Assembly (NCBI RefSeq): GCF_902459465.1
Contig: NC_047079.1
Span: 8,370,001 to 8,434,000 of the forward strand
DNA: 64,000 nt
Direction of reading: 5' to 3'
Source of the DNA: Asterias rubens
Taxonomy: Eukaryota
In this document: positions 1-12,900 of the stretch, piece by piece
Layout: each line of letters opens with the position of its first letter
Numbering within the stretch: position 1 is the stretch's first letter
Position numbers and translations under genes: made by a program
The notes under the pieces: model-generated
What the model saw: only the letters and a program-made list of their open reading frames with translations
Database searches by the model: none
Told to the model about the DNA's origin: nothing

Positions 1-106
1 TGTCTGAGGTAGAAAAGATTCAACTCACCTTTGTTATTAACAATCTTTTAATCATTGGGCATTCTTATAAAATGAAAAATAAAAATGAATTGTAGATGCC
101 CTTTAA

Positions 107-228
107 AGTTGAGTTATGTGAACCACATAAGTCCTATGTCTGAACCATTGACTACGTACTATCCCAGTTGAGTTATGTGAACCACATAAGTCCTATGTCT
201 GAACCATTGACTACGTACTATCCCAGTT
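107..228 (+). repeat. 59-bp direct duplication
   Basis: Copies start at 107 and 166. Confidence 0.9.
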
Positions 229-1331
229 CAAGGGCGATCCATGTTCTATTTTTAACCAACACAGTTTCAACTCAAGAGTTGTAATAACCTTCGAGGTAAC
301 GCCTAAAAGCCAGTGTTTGAAGGGTAAACCACATTATCAATAACTCACTAATATCGCTTCCCGATGCTCCCAAACAAGATCGAATCTGTGCATGTACACT
401 AGACGTAATGAACTTGAGTTTAACTTTCTAGCGTTCTAACAACTGAGACATCTATTAGCCCTACATAACATGGTGGTCCCCTCTCAAAATGGATTCGAAA
501 ATAATATTCTGAAGATCCCCGTTCCAAAACTTCTTTATTAATGTTTATGTTGATGAACCCTTTCGACAGGGTGGAAGCCTCCGCTGCACCTATATGACAG
601 GTTATAGACGACCTCAACGCCATCGGCCTACAAAACGATCAAGTTGTTAAAGCTGCCCATGATTGCCTGGATGGCACAAACAAATTTCTAACATAAAAAA
701 AAAAAAAAAAACATGATCGTAACGTCTTGAGCCCAAGTTCGGCATAATAGTTGGTTAAAAACTTCGACTTTATTATCTGTGTTTTACTTACATGACACAC
801 ACACTCTTTCTTTTTGTTTAATACAGTTTTGCCTACTTCCAACCTTGAATGGAGGTAAAGCCACTTCTCAGTAGGGAATGAATGTTTTGTCATGGTAGAC
901 ATTATCATAAAGTTATGTGTAGACATTGACTGAGGCAAACACGTCAATTACAACCCAGAACGCATAGTGACAGATGATGTGTGTAGGGATCATGGAAGGC
1001 TATGCAACCCAATACACTAGGGGGGTTATTACTGGCTAACTTGGATTTATGCTGGATGGAATTCAGATTAGACCTTTATTGATTAAACTACCATTTTGCT
1101 ACATAGTGCAATCCCCCCAAACAAAAGACAAATAATCACATAAATAAAATCAAATCAAATAAAATCAGATGGATAAATAGCTTCGTAATAAAATAATAAA
1201 TGCTATAAACTTTGCAAACTTGTGAATATTGTGACATAACCAATAAGTAACGTAACCTAATGTTGTTCTTTAAGGCACAGGACACTATTGGTTACTCAAA
1301 ACAGTTCGTTACATGTTTCAAACTGTTATAG

Positions 1332-4300
1332 GTATGGTCCTTGGGTATAGCAATCATTTTGACTACACGAGAAAGTCTTCAACTGCCCTTTACTTCAATG
1401 AAACACCCATGAAACATGTCAAGCGCTATTCTACTTTGCTGTACACCGAACGAGCAGAAGAGATCATAAAGTATCATCAAGGAAAATCAAAGGTAAATCA
1501 AGTTCCAATTGCTTTTTTCAAATTTTTATTCTATTTTGTTATGCACGGTCTGTATTTGATAGCATGTAAATCTTTTTTACGCAAATAATTGTTTACAGAA
1601 AGACACTCACAGGGATCTTACGTACGCCGATACATGCTTCTACACTCACAGGGATCTTACATACGCCAATACATGCTTCTACACTCACAGGGATCTTACG
1701 TACGCCAATACATGCTTCTTATACATCACCAAACGGAAAATGGCAATTTTAAAAGATGTTGATTCTCTTATATCTCCATGCAGCCACCGTTTTTCATATT
1801 CTTGTCATACCAAAGTCAACACTCACCCCTTCAAGTTCCAAGTGAATACATCCAGCAGTATTCAAACAGAATACACAACTCCAAGAGACAAAAGTATGCA
1901 GCGATGTTGAGTGCCGTCGATGAAGGAATCAATAACATAACTCAGACTCTGGTTAGCGCTGGACTTTGGCAGAATACTCTACTCATTTTCTCCACTGGTA
2001 AGATTATTTATTATAATTAATGATAACCCAGTAGACAGTACTGCTACTCTCAAAGTTTAAGACGATGTCTTGTTTCGCATTTTGTTACGTTTTCATACAG
2101 GTGTGTTATAATGCCTGTTATTGGGATACACCAAGTGAGAATACTGGTCTTTGACAGACTGGTCTTTGACAATTACCAATGCGTCCAGTGCATTTAGAGT
2201 ATATTACGTAGCCTGATCTAAAATGCTTCTTAATAAACTAAGAACGGGCATACTGCACTCATAATTACAGACAACGGGGGTCGACCAAAGTCAGGCGGGA
2301 TTAATTGGCCACTCCGTGGGGAAAAATCCACCCTCTGGGAAGGAGGTGTTCGTGGTGTTGCCTTCGTCACTGGTCCCGTGCTACCAACCAAAGTACGAGG
2401 TTCAGTTAACAAAGGGCTGTGTCACGTGAGCGACTGGTTACCAACGTTGGTGAGAGGCGTGGCTAAGCACAGCACGAAAGACCATCTCCCATTGGATGGA
2501 TTCAATTTATGGCGCATGATCAGGTGTGTTCATCCCGTTGTAATTAATCAATACAGTGCAAAATAATACAATGCAATACAAANNNNNNNNNNNNNNNNNN
2601 NNNNNNNNNNNNNNNNNNNNNNNNNNNNNNNNNNNNNNNNNNNNNNNNNNNNNNNNNNNNNNNNNNNNNNNNNNNNNNNNNNNNNNNNNNNNNNNNNNNN
2701 NNNNNNNNNNNNNNNNNNNNNNNNNNNNNNNNNNNNNNNNNNNNNNNNNNNNNNNNNNNNNNNNNNNNNNNNNNNNNNNNNNNNNNNNNNNNNNNNNNNN
2801 NNNNNNNNNNNNNNNNNNNNNNNNNNNNNNNNNNNNNNNNNNNNNNNNNNNNNNNNNNNNNNNNNNNNNNNNACACATCATTGTCCCTCCATGGAAATTT
2901 CTTTGGCCTTTTTGCTCACAAAAAAAAACACAGTCACCAATCACACACTAAGAAAAAACATGTCACCAATCACACACTTAAAGAAAACACAGTCACCAAT
3001 CACACACTTAAAGAAAACACAGTCACCAATCACACACTTAAAGAAAACACAGTCACCAATCACACACTTAAAGAAAACACAGTCACCAATCACACACTTA
3101 AAGAAAACACAGTCACCAATCACACACTTAAAAAAAACACAGTCACCAATCACACACTTAAAGAAAACACAGTCACCAATCACACACTTAAAGAAAACAC
3201 AGTCACCAATCACACACTTAAAGAAACACAGTCACCAATCACACACTTCAGAAAACACAGTCGTTAATCACACACTTAAAAAAAAACACAGTCACCAATC
3301 ACACACTAAGAAAAAACATGTCACCAATCACACACTTAAAGAAAACACAGTCACCAATCACACACTTAAAGAAAACACAGTCACCAATCACACACTTACA
3401 GAAAACACAGTCACCAATCACACACTTAAAAAAAACACAGGCACCAATCACACACTTAAAGAAAACACAGTCACCAATCACACACTTAAAGAAAACGCAG
3501 TCACCAATCACACACTTTAAAGAAACACAGTCACCAATCACACACTTAAGAAAACACAGTCGTTAATCACACACTTAAAAAAAAACACAGTCACCAATCA
3601 CACACTTAAGAAAACACAGTCGTTAATCACACACTTAAAGAAAACACAGTCACCAGTCACACACTTAAAAAAAACACAGTCACCAATCAGGGCCCATTCT
3701 TAAACAAAATAATTACGTCTCATTATTATTTCAGATTGACAGCATTGCTATTATTGTAATTATGGTGCAGCTTAGGTAAGCCATCCCCTCGGAAGGAGCT
3801 TCTTCATAACATAGACCCCTTAGAGGGACCAACATTCTGGACGTTTGCAGATGAGAAAATATGGGGAAGATTATCCGACCTTCCCTTTAACGTGACGATG
3901 AGGGCAGCAATCAGATACGGAGATTGGAAACTTGTCACAGGGCATGTTGGTAAGCCATTCTCAGGCCATCCGAATTTGCGGCTAAAGCTAGGGTTAAAGC
4001 TAGATTTCCGCGTCTTGAAGGGTCTATGTACTTTTTCCTAACAAAAAACACAATGTCCACAGATTTACATTAAACTTACACAGTTTGAAGATTATGATAG
4101 TAGAAAGCTTCCCTTGAAATTTTACTTACTGAGGTGCTGTAGTTTTTGAGAAATGAGTAAAACAAACAATATTGTCGTCTCAGTTTTAGCATGTAAAAAT
4201 GTATTAACCAGTTATCCTATGGTTTTAGTATAATATCATAACTGGTTATGGGATTTTACATGCTTAAATAATTTTCATCTTCCTGAGACGAACATTATTG

Positions 4301-5552
4301 TGTGACTTGTTTTACCCATTTTCTCAAAAACTACACAACCTCAGTTAGTAATATTTGAAGGGAAGCTTTCCACTATCATTATCTTCAAACCCTGTAAGTT
4401 TAATGTAGATCTGTGGACATTTTGAAAAAGTACCTGAATCCTTTACTGCGTTGAGATATAGCAACACGCTATAGCAAAAGCCGTAGCCCTTGCTGTATAC
4501 GCCAAGTCAGCCCCACTAGACATGCTGACTATTAAGCCAGTAATTCATTGTATGACGCAAACCTATCCCATGCTAACTTGTTAATCGTGAACCGATATTT
4601 GTGTTTTGCCGCAAAAAGAAAACAATAACTTCATAATTATTGCAGGGGCTCGGTAGGCCAAGTAAATAAGTTGCCTTGTTTCTCAGTCAACTGGCAAGCA
4701 GTGCAGAAAACATAAAACAAGTGGGGTTTGGAGTAATATTTTGTGTATAGCGACTGCGAGTGTCTACCCACTGAAATTTTCTCTTGCCCTTTTTTTGCCT
4801 TTCTTATTCATACTTTGTTAGACAAGTTTGTCAGCAGCCAAAATCCGTTTTAATACCGCGGTACAGTCGCCAACTGTACGAACATGGGAAGGCGTGAGTA
4901 TTGGCAAGGGGGGGGGGGTCTACTGCAGCGAAGGGTTAAACTACGTTAAGTTAAAATAATTAATGAAACAGAACGACACACGTAAACCAGTATGAAGCAA
5001 CCAACTTAGTCCCGGTAGTTCAAACACGCGAGGGACTTGTACACAGTCTACTGAAGACCGAACTAATTCCCGGATGAAGAGCCAGGCTGTTTTCAGCTCA
5101 CACAATTCAATACGGGAGAAAGTGACGACATTATATGCTAAAGTATTGTATTGGTATTGTCTTGACTTTATACAGGAAGTTCAAAATGGAGTCCACCTCC
5201 AGAGTCCTTAGAAGATATTTCCCAAGTCGTCCAGAAAGACCGAAGACTTTCCTCAATCCGACTCTTCAACATCAAACAAGATCCAACTGAGAATCATGAC
5301 GTAGCATCTCGTTACCATGACATCGTAATGAGGCTTCTGCGCAGGCTTGCTGAGCACCAGTCAACAGCAGTCAAGCCTTTAGATCATTCTTTAACTCTCA
5401 AACACCCTAAATGGAATGCCACGATGAAGAGCGCAGATCGCTATTGGTATGAGCTCCCTAATGCAATAGTAAAAACTGTTGGTGCGTGGGTGCCGTGGAG
5501 GAATACTACCTTAGATTATGGGGCTTATACAATTGGACCAGTTTCATATTAA
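1332..5552 (+). CDS. ARSB-like: Arylsulfatase B/I/J-family sulfatase, 3' part (5' exons not found in window)
   Basis: Exons 1332-1492, 1784-1997, 2271-2523, 3771-3949, 5176-5552(stop), GT-AG and phase-compatible. Peptides PPFFIFLSYQSQHSPLQVP, YAAMLSAVDEGINNI, FSTDNGG, NWPLRGEKSTLWEGGVRG, HVSDWLPTL, SPRKELLHNIDP, AAIRYGDWKL and LFNIKQDPTE match my recollection of ARSB. The catalytic CxPSR exon lies upstream. Confidence 0.9.
1603..1719 (+). repeat. 39-bp tandem triplication (arylsulfatase intron)
   Basis: acactcacagggatcttacgtacgccaatacatgcttct at 1603, 1642, 1681. Confidence 0.9.
2583..2872. other. Assembly gap (290 N)
   Basis: Run of n. Confidence 1.
2929..3690 (+). repeat. 30-bp intronic minisatellite (about 25 copies) in the arylsulfatase gene
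   Basis: Unit acagtcaccaatcacacacttaaagaaaac, just after the N gap at 2583-2872. Confidence 0.95.
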
Positions 5553-5807
5553 TTTTGATTAAACAAAATAGTTTTACAGTTAGTTGCGAAGGAGCTACAT
5601 AAAATCATGTATGTACGCATAGGCCTACCGTTTGTTTTCCTAGCCATACTATACTCTTTTTACAAACCAAAAAGTAACTGTTAAACTCCGTATTACACCC
5701 ACTCCAAGAGAAATATTGACAGTTTTCAAAATGTCTGCCATTGTAGAAATTGAACTACGTTGTGTAACTGTCTTGATTTCTAAACCTAGGACATTACGTT
5801 AATAAAA

Positions 5808-5925
5808 GCCCTTTTCGAATCCACGGCTTCGGCTTTGGATTTCAGAGCAATATTTCAGAGCAACCGCGGGGCCAAGCTAGCCTGAGCCGAATCTAGAACC
5901 AAAGCCGTGGTTTAGAAAAGGGCCA
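5808..5925. mobile_element. Short MITE with (g)gcccttttcgaa TIRs; related copy at 54486-54625
   Basis: gcccttttcgaatccacggctt ... aagccgtggtttagaaaagggcc. Confidence 0.6.
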
Positions 5926-6720
5926 AAGTCTTGCATGATTTCCTTAAACACTTAATGGTTAAATGACTTTGGTACGAACACGTGTAATTTGTAATCGAAA
6001 GCTCACTTATAATACACATGGTGTTGTAGTGTTAAGATCCTGCCTACCCATGTCAATATTAGAAATAAACAAACGTTTATCGACAAGCGACTCTTTAGCG
6101 AACGCCCCCACCAGGCAACTTGTGGAACTTTCAGTGGTGCCGTTTGATGGTTGCCGTCAATAAGGCGAGGGTTAGGTCCCCTGCTTTACCTCAGTAACCA
6201 AAATGTTTGTGATATTTTATCACCAAGTGCGCATCGTTTTCAACTGAAGTTTCACAAAGCTGACCTTTATTGTCTCTTTTCAACATTATTTGACAACAGT
6301 GAAAAAAACAATGAAAAAATAAACGGTTTAGTTTCACTCAACTCTATTGTATTGAGGTATTATTGTTCACTATTTGACCCAGTTTTTGTTCTGAATAATG
6401 TATAATACCTGCAGAGATTGCGATTTCATCTTAAATAGTTCTTGAGTTTGGTTTCATTATTTATTTGTTTGTGTTTATAATTATTATTTTTTGGTTACTA
6501 TAATAACACGTGATGTATGGCATTCCGATATAAATGGCGGTCTTTTCGAACAATAATATGATTGTTTTACATAAAAATTGAAAAGCATTGTGTCTAGTGT
6601 CTTTGTTTTGTAGAATCAAATATTTAAAAAATTAGGATTCTCGCAAAGCGGACGTTCAGCTCTCGTATTTCTGAGCGGCCATTTTGGATAGTGATTACAC
6701 TCGTTAAATATATTTACTCA

Positions 6721-6728
6721 TGACGTCA
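6721..6728. promoter_or_regulatory. Perfect CRE/ATF palindrome 264 bp upstream of the gene A start codon
   Basis: TGACGTCA. Position is suggestive only; no functional evidence. Confidence 0.3.
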
Positions 6729-6991
6729 CATGCGCAATCATTGTCAAAATGTTTTGCTTTGAATAAAAGAAGAACTTTGAACCCCGTGTAATCGCTTGGT
6801 GCAACAATACAACATGTTGTTCTCTATCATGTATGCCTACACACGATCATAAATAAACAAGGTAAACAGGTAAACAAACAAGACATAATCTTCTGAACCT
6901 AACATGAGGATAGCTTTCATTGTACTAAGTTCAACTAACCGCAGGTGCCATTTTGTAACTGAAATGCAGTAGGTCGGTGCCCAGTGCAGTC

Positions 6992-9900
6992 ATGGCTCGC
7001 ACATTGCATAGGTAAGTTACTCGTGCAAATAATTTTCACCATTTCAAAATATCTGTTTTTAGAAGCATTGGCCAATTAATTGAGGAGATTTTACTGAAGT
7101 TATACCATCAATACAATTATAAATGCATGGGTGTGTTTTCAACAGAATAAAATAGATCAACTAAAATGTGGTAGTTCGTAGAACTTATAGTGAAACAAAG
7201 AAGGCTGTAACCAATACTTACTAATGCTTGTTTTGAGAAGGCAAAGTTATATTTGAATCAGTCTTTGTCATTCAAATTAAGGTAAAGATTAGAGGGCTTT
7301 TGATAACAAACAAACATTTATTGTGACAACAGCTTTATTGAGAATCGTCACATGTATTGTTGGGGCACAGCCGCTTATTCTATTTTCACGTTTCATTGTC
7401 ATTTCTAAGTATAGTATCAAAATCTAATCCAATGTTTGACAAAATAATTTTTTTCTAAGGACGCGTTTTGTCGCTTTGGTGTGGATTTGCTTCCTTAGTT
7501 TCCCCGCTAAAACCACGTCTGAAACCGTGCACCGTAGCGCCCTCTATGGGCAGTTAGAGTCACCAGACTATCCTGAGCCATATGGAAATAACGTAGACAG
7601 AGTCTGGAACATAACCGTGCCTGGAGGTTTCACAATAGGCTTGTATTTCAGTCTCTTCGCGCTAGAAGCTTCATTCGACTGTGAATATGACTACGTCAAG
7701 GTAAGTTTGTAAATTTGCATATTTTATAAAAATTATATTAAACGAAAATCGTCTTCTATCACTATTCACAGTGCTCGATACATTTATGTAGAGCTATAGT
7801 ACAATAAGTTTAGAATAAGAGCTCATCAAACTTTGACATATCTTTTTCTTTTTTAAAGGTGTCCAATTCCAAAGACACGATAACCTTTTGTGGCAATGAA
7901 CAGTTCTTGCAGTTTAGAACCCCAGGCGACAGACACATAACCTCACCAGATAACACCATGGTTGTAGAGTTTCATTCGGACTTCTCTAATGAGGAACCTT
8001 TCTCTGGATTCGTTGGACATTACCGTGCAATCGGTATGTCGGTAAATCAATATAAACATAAACAACAACAACAAATCGGAAGTTAACACAAGTCTTCTCC
8101 TGAAGACGAGGAGAGTATAAGTGTTCGAAACGTCGATAACACACCGGCTCTTTTTAGAGCGATCACTCCCTCAAAAGAGATATAATACATGGTGGTAACC
8201 ACAAATCCCTCAAAAGAGATATAATACATGGTGGTAGCCACAAATTAACTCTTAGCATACTTCTTAGAAGTTAACAGTTTCTTTCAATCACACATTACAT
8301 GGTTAAGTTTGAATTCCAAGTCGTACATCCATAAAAAAGGGAAATAATGAATAGGCTTAGCGGGCATGCATTCTTAGTTGAAAAGACCAGCATTTTTTAT
8401 TGTGAAGACCTGAAAACAAAGTGAAAAACCATGTTTGTACGAAAATAATTATTGACATGCCAGAAATTATTCAGGAGGATGTGCTCTTTTAAAAAGAAAA
8501 GCGAAGAGTGTGATAAATGATAAAGGAGTGATCAACCTTGTTCCCGTGTTCAACCTTGTTCCCTTCAGATGTCAATGAGTGTTTGGTAAACAATGCCGGG
8601 TGTGAGCAAGTGTGTCATAACTTCGTGTCTGGATATTACTGTTCATGTCGACTGTATTACCAGCTACAACCAGATAATCACCACTGCAAAGGTAACCTGG
8701 TGTTTTACATATAATGCACACTAAAACAAATAACGTTCTCATCACTGTTCTTGTTAGCCGTTGAAAGTTTTCCATCAGTTTTTGTGTCAGTAATTCAAAC
8801 TTCCAACGGGGAAATAGTTGTATTTATTTCTCATCAAACATTATACATTTCAGACAGAAATATTTCAAGGGATGATTTCTACTATCATCATCATTAGACC
8901 ATGTAGGTTTTATGTAAATCTGTGATCTTCACGATTGTTTTTGATTGTTCTTACTTTACGTATAGTGTTCCTTTATTAAGCGTACCAGTTGTGTTTCAGA
9001 ACTACACAATTGCACAAAGGCTATGACATATTGCTTAGTTGTGTATTTCAGTTTCTTGCAGGGATATTGTTTATACTTCGGCACAAGATGAGTTCCAGAC
9101 TCCTGACTATCCTGACGATTATCCGCCGAATGCTGATTGTAACTGGCTGATAAATGTCGACATCGGATACTCCATTAACATCGTGTTTGAAACATTCCAG
9201 ATAGAATCGCATCCAACTGTACTCTGTCCTTACGACTTTATCAAAGTATGTTCCACTATAACTTGCAGCGTTGTTAGCCCCTGTAGTCTAAAAAGTCAGT
9301 CTTGAGAATTAACCAATGATCAAAGCAGATGTGTTGGTTGAAACTTACTACTTTACTACAAAGACAGCTAAAAGTATTTGCAATAATTTTCACCTATAGT
9401 GACAACAGTGTCGGATTACTTTGGTGGCACAAACTTTGCCGAGTTGAAGTACGTGAAGCATTTTTCAAAGATCTTTCCACAAAAAGAAATGGACAGACAG
9501 CTAGTATAATTGTATTGTTGTAAATTCTTGTTTAAAGATTGATTACGATAATGAGGTAGTAGGCCCGTTATGCGGCGAGTCACTAACTGAACTACCTGCA
9601 AGTATCACTACATCAGGAAACGTAGCTAATGTGACGTTTCATTCTGACGATACTGTTCAGCGAATGGGATTCCGTGCAAGGTATTACGTCACAGGTAAGG
9701 ATGGTACAACCTCGTTCTCATTGTTTTAAATCGATTCCATTATGACACGTTCTTCGTTCTTCATCATTCCCACGGTTAAATTTTATTTTCGCATAATTTT
9801 CAAGGAAAATGTCAGGTGACGCCACTTGGCTTGAATAAATGCAGCAAATACGCACTACTAAGCTATGCACACGGAACCATTTACCCCTTGGTGGAGAAGC

Positions 9901-12900
9901 AAGTATATATAGTAAAAGTGCCTTGCTCAGGGACACAAGTGTCACGACCGGGACTCGAACCCCGGCACACTGCTAAACAGAAACAACGGAGCTTGAGTCC
10001 GGTGCTCTTATCCGCTCAGCCCAGACACGCTACAAAATGTGTGCTGATTGCTTGATGCACTACCTGAGGTAATTGAACTCTCGGTTGTCAGGGGCGACTT
10101 TGTAAGGGGGTGACTTTGTCAGCGGGCGACTTTGTAAGGGGGTTGTAAAGTTGCCCCCCTTACAAAGTCACCCCTTTACAAAGTTACCCCCTTACAAAGC
10201 CACCCCTTACAAATTCGCCCCCGCTTGCTAACTCGGTTAAAGATTCGGAGGTGATTTCCTGAATTTTGACTCAGTGTGGACAACTCGGTTGGATGACTAC
10301 ATTTTTGTTGTGCAGATCATTAACCTAACTCCAGGTACGGAGAACAACGTGAAGGTTCAGTGTTTTAATGACCACCTTGTATTTGCTTTTTAAGGTCGAT
10401 CTTGTCCCGCCCTCTACCGGCCTACATATGGTATGATATCAGGAGGTAACTTTACCTTTAGAGACTCTGTTCGATTCAGCTGCAATGATGGCTACTATAT
10501 AAATGGCTCCACATCGAGATCATGTCAAGCTGATGGCACCTGGTCTGGTATCCAACCTACCTGTGAAAGTATGTATACTGGGTTTATTAAATGGAATGGT
10601 AATGAAGAAGAAATAGACATGTCTCGAGCCTTGACGAAATTATAAACATTGAAACACTGGAAGGCACTTGATACATTGAGTTCGATTGTCACATTTTTGG
10701 TGTGTCTTCCCAAATCGTTTGGTTGAAATTTTTGAGCCTATAGGTTGATAGCTGGTTTGTTTGATTGGTAAAATATTTCAGCTCTGTTTTTCTCCAAAAT
10801 GATGCCTTATCCTGAACCTGAATACAAATTATCATCTGGTTTTGCTTATGTTTTTGTTTTGGCTGGAATAAACAGCAAAATAATGTCACAACCTCACACC
10901 AATTTGAGGCGATTACTGGTGTGATAATAAACTATGCGATTTGTTTTTTCAGTTGTAAAATGCAACGTCCCACAGCCCATCAGTAACGGTGAGATCTTGT
11001 ACTACTCCGGTAGGAATTTCAGCTACTCCAACTCCATTGGTTTTGTGTGTAACGATTATTATGAAATGGAAGGCATAAGTTGGAGTCAATGTGGAGTGAA
11101 TGGAACATGGACACCAGAGCCACCAGTGTGTTTACCAAGTAAGTTATAATATACGTTGTTTGAGTAGTCCAAAGCCACCAGTGTGTGTACCAAGTAAGTT
11201 ATAATATACGTTGTTTGAGTAGTCCAGAGCCACCAGTGTGTGTACCAAGTAAGTTATAATATACGTTGTTTGAGTAGTCCAAAGCCACCAGTGTGTGTAC
11301 CAAGTAAGTTATAATATACGTTGTTTGAGTAGTCCAGAGCCACCAGTGTGTTTACCAAGTAAGTTATAATATACGTTGTTTGAGTAGTCCAGAGCCACCA
11401 GTGTGTGTACCAAGTAAGTTATAATATACGTTGTTTGAGTAGTCCAGAGCCACCAGTGTGTTTACCAAGTAAGTTATAATAACGTTGTTTGAGTAGTCCA
11501 GAGCCACCAGTGTGTGTACCAAGTAAGTTATAATATACGTTGTTTGAGTAGTCCAGAGCCACCAGTGTGTTTACCAAGTAAGTTATAATTACGTTGTTTG
11601 AGTAGTCCAGAGCCACCAGTGTGTGTACCAAGTAAGTTATAATATACGTTGTTTGAGTAGTCCAGAGCCACCAGTGTGTGTACCAAGTAAGTTATAATAT
11701 ACGTTGTTTGAGTAGTCCAAAGCCACCAGTGTGTTTACCAAGTAAGTTATAATATACGTTGTTTGAGTAGTCCAGAGCCACCAGTGTGTGTACCAAGTAA
11801 GTTATAATATACGTTGTTTGAGTAGTCCAGAGCCACCAGTGTGTGTACCAAGTAAGTTATAATATACGTTGTTTGAGTAGTCCAAAGCCACCAGTGTGTT
11901 TACCAAGTAAGTTATAATATACGTTGTTTGAGTAGTCCAGAGCCACCAGTGTACCAAGTAAGTTATAATATACGTTGTTTGAGTAGTCCAGAGCCACTAG
12001 TGTGTGTACCAAGTAAGTTATAATATACGTTGTTTGAGAATTCCATAGCCACCAGTGTGTGTACCAAGTAAGTTATAATATACGTTGTTTGAGTAGTCCA
12101 AAGCCACCAGTGTGTTTACCAAGTAAGTTATAATATACGTTGTTTGAGTAGTCCAGAGCCACCAGTGTACCAAGTAAGTTATAATATACGTTGTTTGAGT
12201 AGTCCAGAGCCACCAGTGTGTGTACCAAGTAAGTTATCATAATACGTTGTTTGAGTAGTCCAGAGCCACCAGTGTGTGTACCAAGTAAGTTATAATACGT
12301 TGTTTGAGTAGTCCAGAGCCACCAGTGTGTGTACCAAGTAAGTGACGTTGTGGGTAGCATTGTGGACCATCAGCTGTGCGGGTAGGGGCTGAGGGGTTGT
12401 CTGGGGCCCAGCAGTCATGACCGTACTGGATCAGTGCCATTTTGTGCATGGATAGCCCAACATGGATACAGGGGATGTTTAACATAAAAAGAAAACAAAT
12501 TCAAACGTTGTTTAGCGATTGGAAATGAAATGAATGACCGAATACTATTGAAATTACCTGGTGTGGCAACTGTTTGTCTGTTCACAGTATGTGGTGAGAG
12601 TTCTAACGCTCCCAGAGACCCTCTAACTGGACGCATTGTTGGTGGTAGGCAGGCCATACCAGGCTCTTGGCCATGGCAAGTCTTACTCGGTATCAATGCC
12701 CCTAAGTATGACATATTTGGTGACGCTATCTGTGGTGGCTCCATGCTGAATGAAGAATGGATTATGACTGCTGCCCATTGCGTAACGGGAGGATTTGAAG
12801 ATTCGGAAACGTATGGGGAGACTGTTCCTCCATACACCGTGGATGTATCATTGGGACTCCATAGGAGGAGTGTGCCGACTCAGCACACTATCAATGTAAG

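Noticed and set aside
2881-3566. Long ORFs over tandem repeats (also 11419-12485, 20734-21555, 30007-30615, 36610-37151, 45862-46411)
   Set aside because: They are translations of periodic DNA, not genes.
11136-11149. C-terminal SKL of the read-through product as a peroxisomal signal
   Set aside because: The protein has an N-terminal signal peptide, and SKL arises simply from the GTAAGTT donor consensus.
11114-12343. CRISPR-like appearance of the regular arrays (also 2929-3690, 20154-21120, 36635-37122)
   Set aside because: Units are head-to-tail with no unique spacers, there are no cas genes, and the context is eukaryotic introns.
12344-12587. A MASP1/3-style second, single-exon protease module hidden in intron 8
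   Set aside because: No IxGG, TAAH or GDSGG motif found in this or the equivalent introns of B, C and D; the GC-richer patch at 12345-12480 has stops or no recognisable peptide.
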